Source of the DNA: a virus
UHGV virus genome: UHGV-1818811
DNA: 23,133 nucleotides
Reading direction: 5' to 3' (one strand)
Shown here: positions 7,482 through 17,326 of the stretch, piece after piece
Position numbering within the stretch: the stretch's first letter is position 1
How the letters are laid out: each line of letters opens with the position of its first letter
Notes under the pieces: model-generated
What the model saw: the letters and a program-made list of their open reading frames with translations, nothing else
Database searches by the model: none
What the model was told of the DNA's origin: nothing
Position numbers and translations under genes: made by a program

Positions 7482-8066
7482 TTACTCCGGATATTTAAAA
7501 ATTACGTAGGTATGCGACGGGCAGAGTTTGTTAAGCACACACTCGACAACGGTGTCGCCCCAGATACGCAGTGCGGAATCACAGGGATCGCCACATGTCA
7601 TCCAGGTGGTGTTGGTGGCGGCTGGCATGTTGACCTGCCAGTAATACCGCCATTCCGGCGCATTCACAGCGTCAGTGCAGGCTGATGAGCAGGTGAACGT
7701 GCTTTTGTCGTATCGCGTGATGGTAGCGTCTGGTCTGCCCAGGGCAGCAAGCTGTGCAAGGTAAAAATCCTCATTGATGCCGCCCGCCAGGTTAACCTTC
7801 GCATCCAGTCGTTGCTGACGCTGGCGAAGGGTCTGTGTCCCTGCGGGAATACATTCATCCGGCAGGCCGCACAGACGCTCCCAGCGGTTTATCAGTTCGG
7901 TGGTGGTGCGCGGATCCAGCTCCCGCATCAGGGCATCCGCACGCTGATGAACGCGGGTTAATGACGGTGCCGCACCGGCAATCGCCGGATCGCTGGCTGA
8001 CCACGCCGGACCGGGGGGCAACAGTGCAGACAACAGACGGATGTAATCATCGTTTGTCACGTCCAT
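7482..8066 (-). CDS. YmfQ-like (Mu gp48-like) tail/baseplate protein
   Basis: [22 protein letters not shown]... matches my recollection of the e14 YmfQ / Mu gp48 family. Position immediately upstream of the tail fibre and downstream of the J-like baseplate gene. Confidence 0.8.
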   Translation of the reverse strand: MDVTNDDYIRLLSALLPPGPAWSASDPAIAGAAPSLTRVHQRADALMRELDPRTTTELINRWERLCGLPDECIPAGTQTLRQRQQRLDAKVNLAGGINEDFYLAQLAALGRPDATITRYDKSTFTCSSACTDAVNAPEWRYYWQVNMPAATNTTWMTCGDPCDSALRIWGDTVVECVLNKLCPSHTYVIFKYPE

Positions 8067-9115
8067 GAAATCGTCCCCAGAACCGCCAGTTCATTTTTTG
8101 CAATGGAGATATTGTCTGCCGGTGCAAGCAACTGATGGCTGTATTCCCCGTTCGCACCGGAAATCGCCTCACTGATACGCGACACCTTCAGTTCTCCCTG
8201 CGGATAACCATCACGCAGCAGGAACGAACGCAACTCCGCGGTGATGGCAGCCCGTATTTCCGGTGTATCCGGCGTCACGCGGATATGAAAATCCACCGTA
8301 TGTGCCACCGGCCTGAACACATACAAGTCAGAGCCTGCCACCGGGGCCAGTGGCCCGATATGTTGTCTTGCCGCCGTTTCCGTTGATTCTTCCGGAATGG
8401 GATTAATCAGGTCACTGCTGGCAATCATCACACCGACAGTTCCCGTTCCCATCCAGTGACGGTATGTCCATGCGCGGGTAATGCCGGGCACTTCTTTAGC
8501 CCAGACGACATAGTCCCCGTCAGCCCCGCCCTGCGGCGTCCAGTAATACCGCTCAATGACGCGGGCGCGCCACGTTTCCAGATCTTCAGTATCGAATCCG
8601 CCAGTCAGGGTATCTGCAACACCGGAAGACGGCAGACCATTCACCGGCGTGACCAGGATTAATGCCGTACCGTCGTCAGTGTTACCGACCGCGCCTGTAG
8701 TTGAGCAAGTGATCGGCACACGCAGGACACCACCGGAGCTGGTTGCATCGGCAGTTGCCGTGTACTGAACCAGGTCATCGCGCTGAATCACGCTCCCGGC
8801 AGTCACCTTCAGGCCATCGCTGACACCTTCCCAGCGCATATACCCGCTGGCAGCCGTGGCCCCCTTGCGCGGACACCGTTTCATCGCAGCATGTCGCGCC
8901 AGCCAGGACTCATCGCACAGGTCAGGCAGCATATTCATTGCCAGATAATCGATGTACCCGTAGACCGTATGCAGCGCCGCCGCATACACCTTTGCCCGCA
9001 CGTCTTCATCCATGCGCCGGAGCGTGTCGCTGACGTCCAGCCTGGCGAATAAATCGTTACGGAGCATACTGATATTTTCTGCCAGCGTCGGGCGCTGAAA
9101 TTCACTGTCCGCCAT
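8057..9115 (-). CDS. Baseplate J-like protein (Mu gp47-like)
   Basis: 352 aa; position between the gp46-like and YmfQ-like genes; overlapping start/stop codons typical of a baseplate operon. Confidence 0.85.
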   Translation of the reverse strand: MADSEFQRPTLAENISMLRNDLFARLDVSDTLRRMDEDVRAKVYAAALHTVYGYIDYLAMNMLPDLCDESWLARHAAMKRCPRKGATAASGYMRWEGVSDGLKVTAGSVIQRDDLVQYTATADATSSGGVLRVPITCSTTGAVGNTDDGTALILVTPVNGLPSSGVADTLTGGFDTEDLETWRARVIERYYWTPQGGADGDYVVWAKEVPGITRAWTYRHWMGTGTVGVMIASSDLINPIPEESTETAARQHIGPLAPVAGSDLYVFRPVAHTVDFHIRVTPDTPEIRAAITAELRSFLLRDGYPQGELKVSRISEAISGANGEYSHQLLAPADNISIAKNELAVLGTISWT

Positions 9116-9530
9116 GCGTTATCGCACTCCACAGATCATCAAAAGAAATCATTACCGGTCCGTCACGACGCCAGAGAGTGATACTGTTACCCAGTTCATT
9201 AATCCCGGTACGGCGGATATCCAGATCAATACGGAACACCACGCCGTCATCAATCATCCATTGCAGGCATTCGCGGATATACCCCCTTACCGTCTGCACC
9301 AGTTGATTGGTCAGTTTGCTGCGCTGAAGCAGCCACAGTCGGGAGCCGTAACGGTCATTCTGTACCGCAGGCCAGGTATCCCCCCACCATCCCATCGGGA
9401 CATCGGCGTTGTCATCAGGCTCCGCCCGCCGCCAGGTAAACAGGGAAATCACCACGGCGCGGGTCAGCGGATCCAGCTGTGCGCTGGCGCAGGTGCGTTT
9501 ACCGTTCACCGTCAGCCACAGTTCCATCAT
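9102..9530 (-). CDS. Baseplate protein, Mu gp46 / P2 W-like
   Basis: 142 aa, translationally coupled between spike and J-like genes; synteny-based. Confidence 0.75.
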   Translation of the reverse strand: MMELWLTVNGKRTCASAQLDPLTRAVVISLFTWRRAEPDDNADVPMGWWGDTWPAVQNDRYGSRLWLLQRSKLTNQLVQTVRGYIRECLQWMIDDGVVFRIDLDIRRTGINELGNSITLWRRDGPVMISFDDLWSAITHGGQ

Positions 9531-10075
9531 GCCTCCATCGCTTTATCAGGTTTGTCGGTGTTACTGCCCTGACCGTTCTCTCTGTGACGATGCCCGTTAT
9601 AGGCAAGCCGCATCGCTGACATGGTGGTACCGCCGGAGTCGCACAGGTCTTTCACCTGTCCGGTCACTTCCAGGTCCATTTCAAAACGTGCTCTGGGCGC
9701 ATTGCGAAACGTGATCGTTTTACCTGCACCGTCCACCACGATCCCCTCCCGGGTCAGCGTCACAGACTGCCCCTGATCGTCATAGACAGCCACCTCACCC
9801 GTCTGCAGCCCTTTCAGGCGGTAGCGCCGGTCCGACACCGTAACAACCACCGCATGAGAACGGTCGCCATCCGGAAACAACACCACCGCTTCCGCACCGC
9901 TGTTTGCCCTTGCGGTAAAACCGTAGGGTTCAAGATGTTCAACCCCGGCTTTGGGTTCACCGGCAATCAGGGACACATCCACAGTCTGACATTTCGTGGC
10001 GGCACTGATGCTTTTCACCACTGCCCGCCCAATCAGGCCGAGAAGTTGTCGCTGCATGGCTTCAATCGTCCTCAT
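9527..10075 (-). CDS. Baseplate assembly/spike protein V (Mu gp45-like)
   Basis: 182 aa; position and size match the Mu-type baseplate spike. Confidence 0.8.
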   Translation of the reverse strand: MRTIEAMQRQLLGLIGRAVVKSISAATKCQTVDVSLIAGEPKAGVEHLEPYGFTARANSGAEAVVLFPDGDRSHAVVVTVSDRRYRLKGLQTGEVAVYDDQGQSVTLTREGIVVDGAGKTITFRNAPRARFEMDLEVTGQVKDLCDSGGTTMSAMRLAYNGHRHRENGQGSNTDKPDKAMEA

Positions 10076-11154
10076 CAGAACGGGTCCTCCTGTACTCTGG
10101 CTTTTTTCTTTTTCCGCGCGCCGGGGGCTTCGGGTTCAGGCAGATAAGCATCAGGTGGGCCGACACGGATTTCCGTCAGGGTGCCGTTCTGGTCCTGAGT
10201 AAACGTGACTTCCGAGACAAGCAGTTCGGTATTGTCGAAACCACAGACCGGATCGAAGACAATCACCCGCTGGTTGGGCTGCCACAGCGTACCGTTACCC
10301 TGTCGCCAGCCCTGCACCACATAGGTGGTTTCATCCGTCCGCGCCGCCCGTTGTCGGGCTTCAAAGTCAGCACGCGCAATACAACCTGCCCCCGTGGCCT
10401 GCCCTGTCTGCCGGATATACATCGGACGGTAACGGGCAATAAATGCATCCTCTGTGCGGGCCCGCAGCGCGGTGGTGGTGGCCTCACCGAAATCATCGTC
10501 GTTTCCGGCACGCTGCCCCGCCACCTGGTAAACAGAAAACCGCTCCCGGATACTCTTCTCCGTATCACAGGAAAGGATGTTTTCCCCAAGTACCAGCGCG
10601 GTATGTGCCCGCGTTGAGCCAATACCGCCAATCACCAGCCTGCCGTGCGGGTCGTCGTAAGCCAGCGCCTGCTGCTGACCGAGTATTTTGTTGATTACCT
10701 CAATCACCGTTTCACCGTGATCAGGCTGAACATCAGGAATAACACCCGATGGCGCACCGCTGTTCACCACCTCAATGCCGAAAGGCGCAGCAAGCGCCTG
10801 CGCAATCTGCACCAGCGAGCGTCCGTTAAACTGTGTCGGTTCGGCTGCACAGTCAATCAGGTCAGCCGTCAGACTACGTCCGGCAATACCGGTGCTGACC
10901 GAACGGGCATCGTAACGAACGGGAGTCGCCTCCACCCAGCCGGTGATCACCAGCTCATCACCAATCAGCACTTCCACTTTTGAACCGTTTTTAATGCGCG
11001 GCTGAAGCGTGGTGATACCCTCATCTCCCGGCCACTGGCGAGTGATCTCCACACTGAAATCCCGCGCCAGCCGTTCAATACCGGCACCGATGCGCACCGA
11101 TGTCCAGCCATTCCACTCCCGGCCATTTACCCGTAGCGTGACATTGTCGTTCAT
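10075..11154 (-). CDS. Baseplate hub / late control D-like tail protein (Mu gp44/P-like)
   Basis: 359 aa; synteny directly downstream of the DNA-circulation gene; basic C-terminal tail ARKKKKARV. Confidence 0.8.
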   Translation of the reverse strand: MNDNVTLRVNGREWNGWTSVRIGAGIERLARDFSVEITRQWPGDEGITTLQPRIKNGSKVEVLIGDELVITGWVEATPVRYDARSVSTGIAGRSLTADLIDCAAEPTQFNGRSLVQIAQALAAPFGIEVVNSGAPSGVIPDVQPDHGETVIEVINKILGQQQALAYDDPHGRLVIGGIGSTRAHTALVLGENILSCDTEKSIRERFSVYQVAGQRAGNDDDFGEATTTALRARTEDAFIARYRPMYIRQTGQATGAGCIARADFEARQRAARTDETTYVVQGWRQGNGTLWQPNQRVIVFDPVCGFDNTELLVSEVTFTQDQNGTLTEIRVGPPDAYLPEPEAPGARKKKKARVQEDPF

Positions 11155-12527
11155 TGCACTGGCACCTTCAGAGGGATCACCGGCACAAAGCCGGGATGCG
11201 TAATGGCATTACGCCGGATAATGTCCGCGTCACGCGCCGCGTTATCAAACCAGGTCGCCGCCAGCACCAGCGCGGGTAAAACCTCATCCGGTGTGCGCTG
11301 AATGATCCGTGCAGACTGTTCAAGGCGCGTGTTGATATCCGCATTCAGATCTGCTTTCACCCGGCGCAGCGCCAGAAACAGCGCATCACTGGTTGTACGG
11401 GACAACTCCTTATCAATTGCCGTATTCAGTGTGTCGCGAATGTCAGTCAGTTCTTCCCACGTCGGCAGGTCAACCGTGTTTTTCACCGCCGGTGCATTGT
11501 TCAGTGCCGGATGCGTGACGGAAGGCCAGCCAGTGCTCTGCGCGGGTGTTGTTGCCTGCCCCACTGCGGAATTCTGCATCACCGCGGAAGTTGTTGGCGC
11601 AGGCAATCGGGTGACGGCATACGCCGCTTCGCTGATTGCGGTCGTACGAAGGGTGCTGGCAACCACGTTACGCTGCTGCGTCGCCGTGGCGGTGGTTTTA
11701 CTGTCCGTTTTCCAGACGCCGCGCGGTTGCAGATCGCTGCCGAGGCTGACACCGGAAAGCGTTTTGATCATGGTGACCAGGTCGCTGGCGTTACCATAAA
11801 GGCGTTTCCCGGTACGCCACATTTTCTGCACCTGCTCAACGAAATTTTTGCCTGAGGATGGCGGCGGCAGAAGTACCGAGATATCCCCCTGCAACAGCCT
11901 GGCGGCATCCGATACGGCAGAATCCACCACTTTCATCGCATCAGAAACATACCCAAGCATTGTGCTGGCATTACCGATAACGTCGTTCTGCACGAAATCC
12001 GCCACACCATCGATACTGAAACCGCTGAAGCTGTCACTGATGCAGTCATCCAGTGCAGAACAGGATGACATCAGCGTCTGCGCCGTCGCCGCACCTGATG
12101 TGGGGTAAGAGAGTTCTCCTGCTTCGACAAACTTCAGGTCAAAGCGGACAATACGCCCTTCACTTTTCGATGTGCTGACCCGAACTTCCCCGTCAACACA
12201 GACTTTCAGCTCACCATATGTCGGGTGGACAAGCGTGCCGGGACCGGGTTTATTCAGCGCTTCAATCAGGCGATCGCGCTGGTCAAAGCAGTCATCTCCC
12301 ACCACATAAGCTGTGATGGACGGGCGGAAAGTGACTTTTCCCAGATCTTCGGTATAGGGCTTGTCGCGGTTCGGGTATTCATGTGTTTCCACACGGCGAC
12401 CGGTTCCCGCACTTTCTTCTTCAACCTTAAACGGCACGCTGCGAAATGACGCATCCTGAAGCCTGTCTTTCCACGTCATATAAGTCCCATATTTATTATC
12501 AGTAGTAATATTTACTGGTAATGCCAT
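11151..12527 (-). CDS. DNA circulation protein (Mu gp43/N-like)
   Basis: 458 aa; N-terminal region MALPVNITTDNKYGTYMTWKDRLQDASFRSVPFKVEEES...HEYP is typical of Mu-like DNA-circulation proteins; follows the tape-measure gene. Confidence 0.8.
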   Translation of the reverse strand: MALPVNITTDNKYGTYMTWKDRLQDASFRSVPFKVEEESAGTGRRVETHEYPNRDKPYTEDLGKVTFRPSITAYVVGDDCFDQRDRLIEALNKPGPGTLVHPTYGELKVCVDGEVRVSTSKSEGRIVRFDLKFVEAGELSYPTSGAATAQTLMSSCSALDDCISDSFSGFSIDGVADFVQNDVIGNASTMLGYVSDAMKVVDSAVSDAARLLQGDISVLLPPPSSGKNFVEQVQKMWRTGKRLYGNASDLVTMIKTLSGVSLGSDLQPRGVWKTDSKTTATATQQRNVVASTLRTTAISEAAYAVTRLPAPTTSAVMQNSAVGQATTPAQSTGWPSVTHPALNNAPAVKNTVDLPTWEELTDIRDTLNTAIDKELSRTTSDALFLALRRVKADLNADINTRLEQSARIIQRTPDEVLPALVLAATWFDNAARDADIIRRNAITHPGFVPVIPLKVPVQ

Positions 12528-12589
12528 AATTTGTAGTGGTAGCCATTACCATTTGTAACCATATAAATTATTAGCATTAAGGTGATAAC

Positions 12590-13036
12590 ATGAAGAAATT
12601 ATTAAAATGGATTTTATATATTTTCATCGGGTTGGTGATTATTGGATATTTTGCAGGCAATAACGATAAAGGCTCTAATTCTTCATACTCATCCGATACG
12701 GAAGCTGCGGCACCGCAAAAAGAAATCTACAACACTACTGCTCGACAGCTGTTTAAAGAGTATGAAGAAAATGAAGTCGCTACCGATGAACAGTTAAAAG
12801 GTAAATTAATCGCCGTTAGAGGTATCGTACAATCCATTGATAAGGACTTTACTGACTCTATAATTATTAAATTCAGAACTGAAAATGAATTCATGCCAGC
12901 AAGAATGGAGATGCAAGACTCTGAAAAATCAACAGCTGCTGCTCTTAAAAAAGGAGAACAAGTAACTGTTATTTGCGAAAAAATGTCCAGAATTGTCGGC
13001 TCCCCATCAGGCCGAAATTGCGTGTTCGCACAGTAA
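12590..13036 (+). CDS. Moron: 148-aa membrane-anchored protein (N-terminal TM/signal-anchor, ~115-aa extracytoplasmic domain, possibly an OB-fold / tRNA_anti-like family member); function unknown
   Basis: MKKLLKWILYIFIGLVIIGYFAG = hydrophobic N-terminal helix. AAGGTGA Shine-Dalgarno before the ATG. AT-rich, opposite strand to the flanking tail genes, own terminator immediately downstream. Confidence 0.8.
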   Translation: MKKLLKWILYIFIGLVIIGYFAGNNDKGSNSSYSSDTEAAAPQKEIYNTTARQLFKEYEENEVATDEQLKGKLIAVRGIVQSIDKDFTDSIIIKFRTENEFMPARMEMQDSEKSTAAALKKGEQVTVICEKMSRIVGSPSGRNCVFAQ

Positions 13037-13039
13037 GTT

Positions 13040-13070
13040 CAGGGAGGGACGGCCCTCCCTGTTCGTCTTT
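13040..13070 (+). terminator. Rho-independent terminator of the moron gene
   Basis: CAGGGAGGG-ACGG-CCCTCCCTG (perfect 9-bp GC-rich stem) followed by TTCGTCTTT, 4 nt after the moron stop codon. Confidence 0.6.
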
Positions 13071-14901
13071 ACCTAAATCTGGTGTACCCAACATCGTGAT
13101 TAATATCAATGCCACTGGAACGTGTTTCCGTAACCCGCATACCTGGTGGCATATTCATAAATGAAACCTTGATCTCGCCATCAACTTTTGGCGCAATAGC
13201 TTTGTTAATCATGAAGGGATTCGGGCCTGTGGCATCGGAGGCGTTGTTTGACTGAGCCGGATCCACCGCCGGATAAGGTGTGTATCCCCGCGTCGGTATT
13301 CCCGTCCCATAAGCATCATAAGCACCCGCGCCCCACTGCGCAGAGTTAATGGCATCGACCGTGTCACCGGAACTGTCGGTAAACCACTCAATAATTGGCT
13401 TCAGCTTGTCCCACATATCCTGAAACCACTTAACAACCTGCCCCCAGTTATTGATCACCATCCCCAGCGGCGACCAGGCAAAAACTTTCTTAAGGAGTTC
13501 CCAGCCAGCCTCAAAATAAGGACCAATGGTTTCCCAGAGTTTCTTAAAATAAGGTCCGACAACATCCCAGTTAGTGATAATTAATCCCGCAGCCAGGGCT
13601 ATCGCCGTCGCAATCATGCCAATCGGCGTCATCGACATGATCCTGCTGACAATACTGATGGCACCGCCAACGCCCATCAATCCCAGTTTCAGAATCGCAA
13701 GACCGGCAGCAAGCCCGACGACGCCGCGAATAACCCGGGGATTTTCATCCGCAAACTTCGTGAATTTTTCCCCCAACTCCCCCAGCCATTGCGTGATATT
13801 TTTAGCGTCACCAGAAAATGCGCCGCCAATAGCTGCAAGACCGTTAGTTGCGGTCCCCGTCATTGCCTCCCACAGGTTGGACAGCGTACCAAGCTGAGCC
13901 TGAACACGTTTATTCAGGCTGGCCTGTTTATTCATCTTCTGCTGGATCTGATCGTAGCCATCCTTTCCTTTATCGATCAGGGCATTGACCACCTGAAGGG
14001 TTTCGGCATCATCACCAAATATTGCCTTAAGTACGCCTGTTCGCTTAACGTCGGTCAGTTTTCGCAACTTTGCCAGTTGCCTGAACATGTTATCAAGACC
14101 GCCAAAACTTCCTTTGCCGTCAGTAAAATCGAGCTGTACCCCGAGTTTCTGGCGGGCCATGATTTTATTGACGTCCCTGATTTTCTTAACGCTTAATCCG
14201 GACTGGATAACTTTTCGCAGGGCGTTACCTGCCGACTCCCCGTTCATCCCCATCTGATCCATCATGACGCTGATGGGGGCAAGGCTCTGTGCAGCCTGAA
14301 GACCGTCCTTGTTCACCATCTTCAGAACAGAGCTGGTTTTAGTGAAGAAGGACAACATGTTGGTATCGTCAACGCCCAGATAAAACGCCTTCTGGATAGT
14401 GTCGAACAGCCCCATCATGTCTTCTGACGCCGTTCCGGTAGCATCCTGCATCTTTGCGGCAAACTCGGCAGCCGCTTCCGGTGTTTTTTTCAGTTGTACC
14501 GCAAGATAAGCTGTCGCTTTACCCACACCGCCAAGAATGTTTTCTGCCGGGATCCCCTGACGCACCAGCATCTGCATCATGTTCTGGAAATCAGCCGTTG
14601 TACCGGGTAGCTGATTACCCAGGCCAATAGCCAGTTTATTGATGTCCTGAAAGCTCTTTCCAACCTCGCCGTTCGCATCCATCATGGCGACTTTCAGCCC
14701 GGTGGCGGCGTTTTCCTGATCGGCATAAGATTTCAGGGAAAGCGTCAGACCCGCTGCCAGTCCGCCACCAAGCGCCAGCCCACCCTGTGACGCTTCTTCC
14801 GCCTGGCGTTTAAATCCCCGGATTTTCTTTTGCATTTTCGACAGCGCGGGAGAAAGCCTGTCGACACCGGTGATCAACGCCTTAAGCTCAAATTCCGCCA
14901 T
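13069..14901 (-). CDS. Tail tape measure protein
   Basis: 610 aa, Ala/Gly/Leu-rich with predicted long helices and C-terminal hydrophobic segments; lies directly after the frameshifted chaperone pair. Confidence 0.85.
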   Translation of the reverse strand: MAEFELKALITGVDRLSPALSKMQKKIRGFKRQAEEASQGGLALGGGLAAGLTLSLKSYADQENAATGLKVAMMDANGEVGKSFQDINKLAIGLGNQLPGTTADFQNMMQMLVRQGIPAENILGGVGKATAYLAVQLKKTPEAAAEFAAKMQDATGTASEDMMGLFDTIQKAFYLGVDDTNMLSFFTKTSSVLKMVNKDGLQAAQSLAPISVMMDQMGMNGESAGNALRKVIQSGLSVKKIRDVNKIMARQKLGVQLDFTDGKGSFGGLDNMFRQLAKLRKLTDVKRTGVLKAIFGDDAETLQVVNALIDKGKDGYDQIQQKMNKQASLNKRVQAQLGTLSNLWEAMTGTATNGLAAIGGAFSGDAKNITQWLGELGEKFTKFADENPRVIRGVVGLAAGLAILKLGLMGVGGAISIVSRIMSMTPIGMIATAIALAAGLIITNWDVVGPYFKKLWETIGPYFEAGWELLKKVFAWSPLGMVINNWGQVVKWFQDMWDKLKPIIEWFTDSSGDTVDAINSAQWGAGAYDAYGTGIPTRGYTPYPAVDPAQSNNASDATGPNPFMINKAIAPKVDGEIKVSFMNMPPGMRVTETRSSGIDINHDVGYTRFR

Positions 14902-15061
14902 GTGTGCGTTTCTCCTGCTCTATCCTGTTTGCCTGACTGACCAGCAAGGGAATTTCACTGATCGGCATATTCAGCAATTCGAAGGGATTAATGCGCCAGT
15001 AGCTGGCGCAGTCAAAGAAGCGATCAGTGAGGTATTCAGCCGTCAGGCCTGGAGGAAAAAA
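14888..15061 (-). CDS. -1 frame extension of the tail assembly chaperone (frameshift product, G/GT-like pair)
   Basis: The overlap with the upstream chaperone ORF contains the slippery heptamer T_TTT_TTC (minus strand, 15061-15055). The -1 frame continues ...WFFPPGL... to a stop just inside the tape-measure start. Confidence 0.6.
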   Translation of the reverse strand, partial: FFPPGLTAEYLTDRFFDCASYWRINPFELLNMPISEIPLLVSQANRIEQEKRTHGGI

Positions 15062-15312
15062 CCAGCCACAAGCCACGCCGCTGCATTCAGGTCTGCCGGA
15101 GACATCTGGTCGACAGAGCTTTGCGGCACTTTCGCCAGCCGCACAATGTATTTCGATACCACATGTGCCAGAAGTCTGACGGACTCATCCTGATTCATCT
15201 GGTAGGGATACCCCAGCTCGCGGACATCTTTCCCGGTGGGCTCATCAAACTCCAGTACGGAGAGTGTCTCGCCATGAGCGGTAATCGGTTTCTTTAACTC
15301 AAGCTCTTTCAT
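15043..15312 (-). CDS. Tail assembly chaperone (0-frame product)
   Basis: 89 aa, between tube and tape-measure genes; ends in the slippery site. Confidence 0.8.
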   Translation of the reverse strand: MKELELKKPITAHGETLSVLEFDEPTGKDVRELGYPYQMNQDESVRLLAHVVSKYIVRLAKVPQSSVDQMSPADLNAAAWLVAGFFLQA

Positions 15313-15668
15313 TACTGGTAATCCCCTTCTTCACCGTGGAACTCAAGATCAACCGTGCCTTCTTCGGCATTATGGTTCGCTTCGCCGTGCAGCCAGGCTG
15401 ACGACAATACATAGACCTGACCGTTCGCCAGCTCAGCAGTGATGGTCATCTCATCAGACGAGGTGATTTTGCTCACCGGAAAATTCTTCGGCACCTTGAA
15501 GGTCCCTTTGACATAAGGCGCACGGTGAGTTTCCTTGCGGTCCACTGAACCGTCCAGGCCGATGATGTCATCATTGACCGTCCTGTTCATGGGCACCTCA
15601 ATGCCGCCGGTCAGCGATAGCTGCTGACCGTCAATTTTGAAATAACAGGTTCCCCCGATACGGGCCAT
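15312..15668 (-). CDS. Tail tube protein
   Basis: 118 aa, immediately downstream of the sheath gene with ATGA-type coupling; size and position typical. Confidence 0.85.
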   Translation of the reverse strand: MARIGGTCYFKIDGQQLSLTGGIEVPMNRTVNDDIIGLDGSVDRKETHRAPYVKGTFKVPKNFPVSKITSSDEMTITAELANGQVYVLSSAWLHGEANHNAEEGTVDLEFHGEEGDYQ

Positions 15669-17164
15669 TATGCAGACTCCTCTGAATACTGAAGACGGAA
15701 CTGGTTAACCACGGCAAAAACACGCAACTGGTTAACATAGTCAGGCGGGAACAGCGTGTTCAGGCGGTTCGGATCGCTGGCATCACGCTCCACAACCAGG
15801 TACTGCTTGAACAGTTCGTAGTTTTCCACGATCCCCGCACGCTCGAGCTGACGGTAGGTTGCCAGCAGTTCCCCTTTGATCACCGCCGGGGTGACAATCG
15901 CCTGACCGGGACCAAAGCGGGTACCGTCACTGGCAAGCTTGTGACGCCCGTACTTACTGGTAATGACGGATTTCAGTTTGCGCAGTACATACGCACTGGT
16001 ATGCAGCGTCTCGCTGTCGAGGTAGCTGTTATCCGCAACCCCGTAAGCATTTTTCCTGTACGTGGTGACATCACGCTGAATGCGCAGCACCCCGCTTTCG
16101 ACATACGCCGTTGCCACGCCATGAGACAGCAGGGTCTGTTGTTCGGTCATCGTGAACCGTTTCCCCTTCGGCGCAGGCAGCATACCCACCAGCTCACCGG
16201 TCTGCGTGGGACGTGCCGGATCGTTGCGAATAAACACCGCTGCGCGGGCGGTACGGCTTGCCGCCAGCTCGTCGGCAGGCGTCTGGGTCTCTTTTTCGTA
16301 CCCCGCCAGGGTAATGTGCTGCTGGTTAAACTGGTCACCTGCGGTCACCAGTTCTGACAGCGTGCCGATCTTTGCCGTATACACATGACCATACAGCTGA
16401 CGCGCATAGCTCCAGCGACCGCTGGTATCGTTCATCTCGGTCACCAGCGTGTTAACGGAGGCCGTGTCGTTGAACGGCAGACCGATATAATCAAACGGCT
16501 CATCCGCCATTGCAGCCACCGCGCCGGTGAGAACAGGAGCCCCCGTTCCGGCGGTCCCCGCCGCCACGGCAATCTGTACGCCCGCAGGCAGCACTTCGCC
16601 CCCACCGAAGCCGTAGTAATTGAGGCTGACAGGAATTTCATTCCCGCAAAGCCCCTTATGACGCGTGGTCAGTGTGACCACGCCAGCCGAAGATGAGGCC
16701 GTAAACGGCAGGGCCGGAACGGCATTGATGGCATCCTGGATACTGCCGGCAATCGTCGCGACGTTATCGCCGTTGGTCACCGGTGCCTGCACGCGGGTAC
16801 GTCCCACATAAACATTCACCGTGCCGGTTTCGGTTGCCGCCCCGGTCACCGTCAGCGTAACCGTTGCCGCCGCGCCTGTGGCTTCCGGAACGGCAATCAC
16901 ATACAGCTCGCCAAACGGGTCAGTCTGGCGATAAGCCTCGACCATACGCGCCAGCTGACTTCCCGCACCACAAATCTGGCGTGCATAGTCTGCCGACGGC
17001 ATCAGTACCAGACTGTTGGCAACAATCTCTGCACCGTTATTGGCATGACCAATCAGCAGCGATGCTCCGCTGTCCTGTGCAGTATTCGCCGCCTGGTTAT
17101 CCATTTCCGCATAAAACAACGGAACCAGCGTATTCGACGGAATGGTGTTAAAGCTTGTCGTCAT
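15668..17164 (-). CDS. Contractile tail sheath protein
   Basis: 498 aa; position upstream of tube; sequence character typical of Mu/P2-type sheath proteins. Confidence 0.9.
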   Translation of the reverse strand: MTTSFNTIPSNTLVPLFYAEMDNQAANTAQDSGASLLIGHANNGAEIVANSLVLMPSADYARQICGAGSQLARMVEAYRQTDPFGELYVIAVPEATGAAATVTLTVTGAATETGTVNVYVGRTRVQAPVTNGDNVATIAGSIQDAINAVPALPFTASSSAGVVTLTTRHKGLCGNEIPVSLNYYGFGGGEVLPAGVQIAVAAGTAGTGAPVLTGAVAAMADEPFDYIGLPFNDTASVNTLVTEMNDTSGRWSYARQLYGHVYTAKIGTLSELVTAGDQFNQQHITLAGYEKETQTPADELAASRTARAAVFIRNDPARPTQTGELVGMLPAPKGKRFTMTEQQTLLSHGVATAYVESGVLRIQRDVTTYRKNAYGVADNSYLDSETLHTSAYVLRKLKSVITSKYGRHKLASDGTRFGPGQAIVTPAVIKGELLATYRQLERAGIVENYELFKQYLVVERDASDPNRLNTLFPPDYVNQLRVFAVVNQFRLQYSEESA

Positions 17165-17318
17165 CGGTATTCACCTTTTTATTCACGCGCCGGATATCAC
17201 CCGCTGCTTCACGGCGCAGCCAGTAGTTGTTCTCGTCAACATTTCGCCCTTCGGCGGGCAAAAGGTCGCCGCGGGCAGGGTCAGGAACTGACCGCCCTTT
17301 AACAGGTTTGACAAACAT
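17148..17318 (-). CDS. Small Mu-like phage protein (DUF2635-like, 56 aa), absent from the ORF track because it is under 60 aa
   Basis: Minus-strand ORF MFVKPVKGRSVPDPARGDLLPAEGRNVDENNYWLRREAAGDIRRVNKKVNTDDDKL overlaps the sheath start. Resembles small proteins that precede sheath genes in Mu-like tails (recollection). Confidence 0.55.
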   Translation of the reverse strand: MFVKPVKGRSVPDPARGDLLPAEGRNVDENNYWLRREAAGDIRRVNKKVNTDDDKL

Positions 17319-17326
17319 GAGGATCC

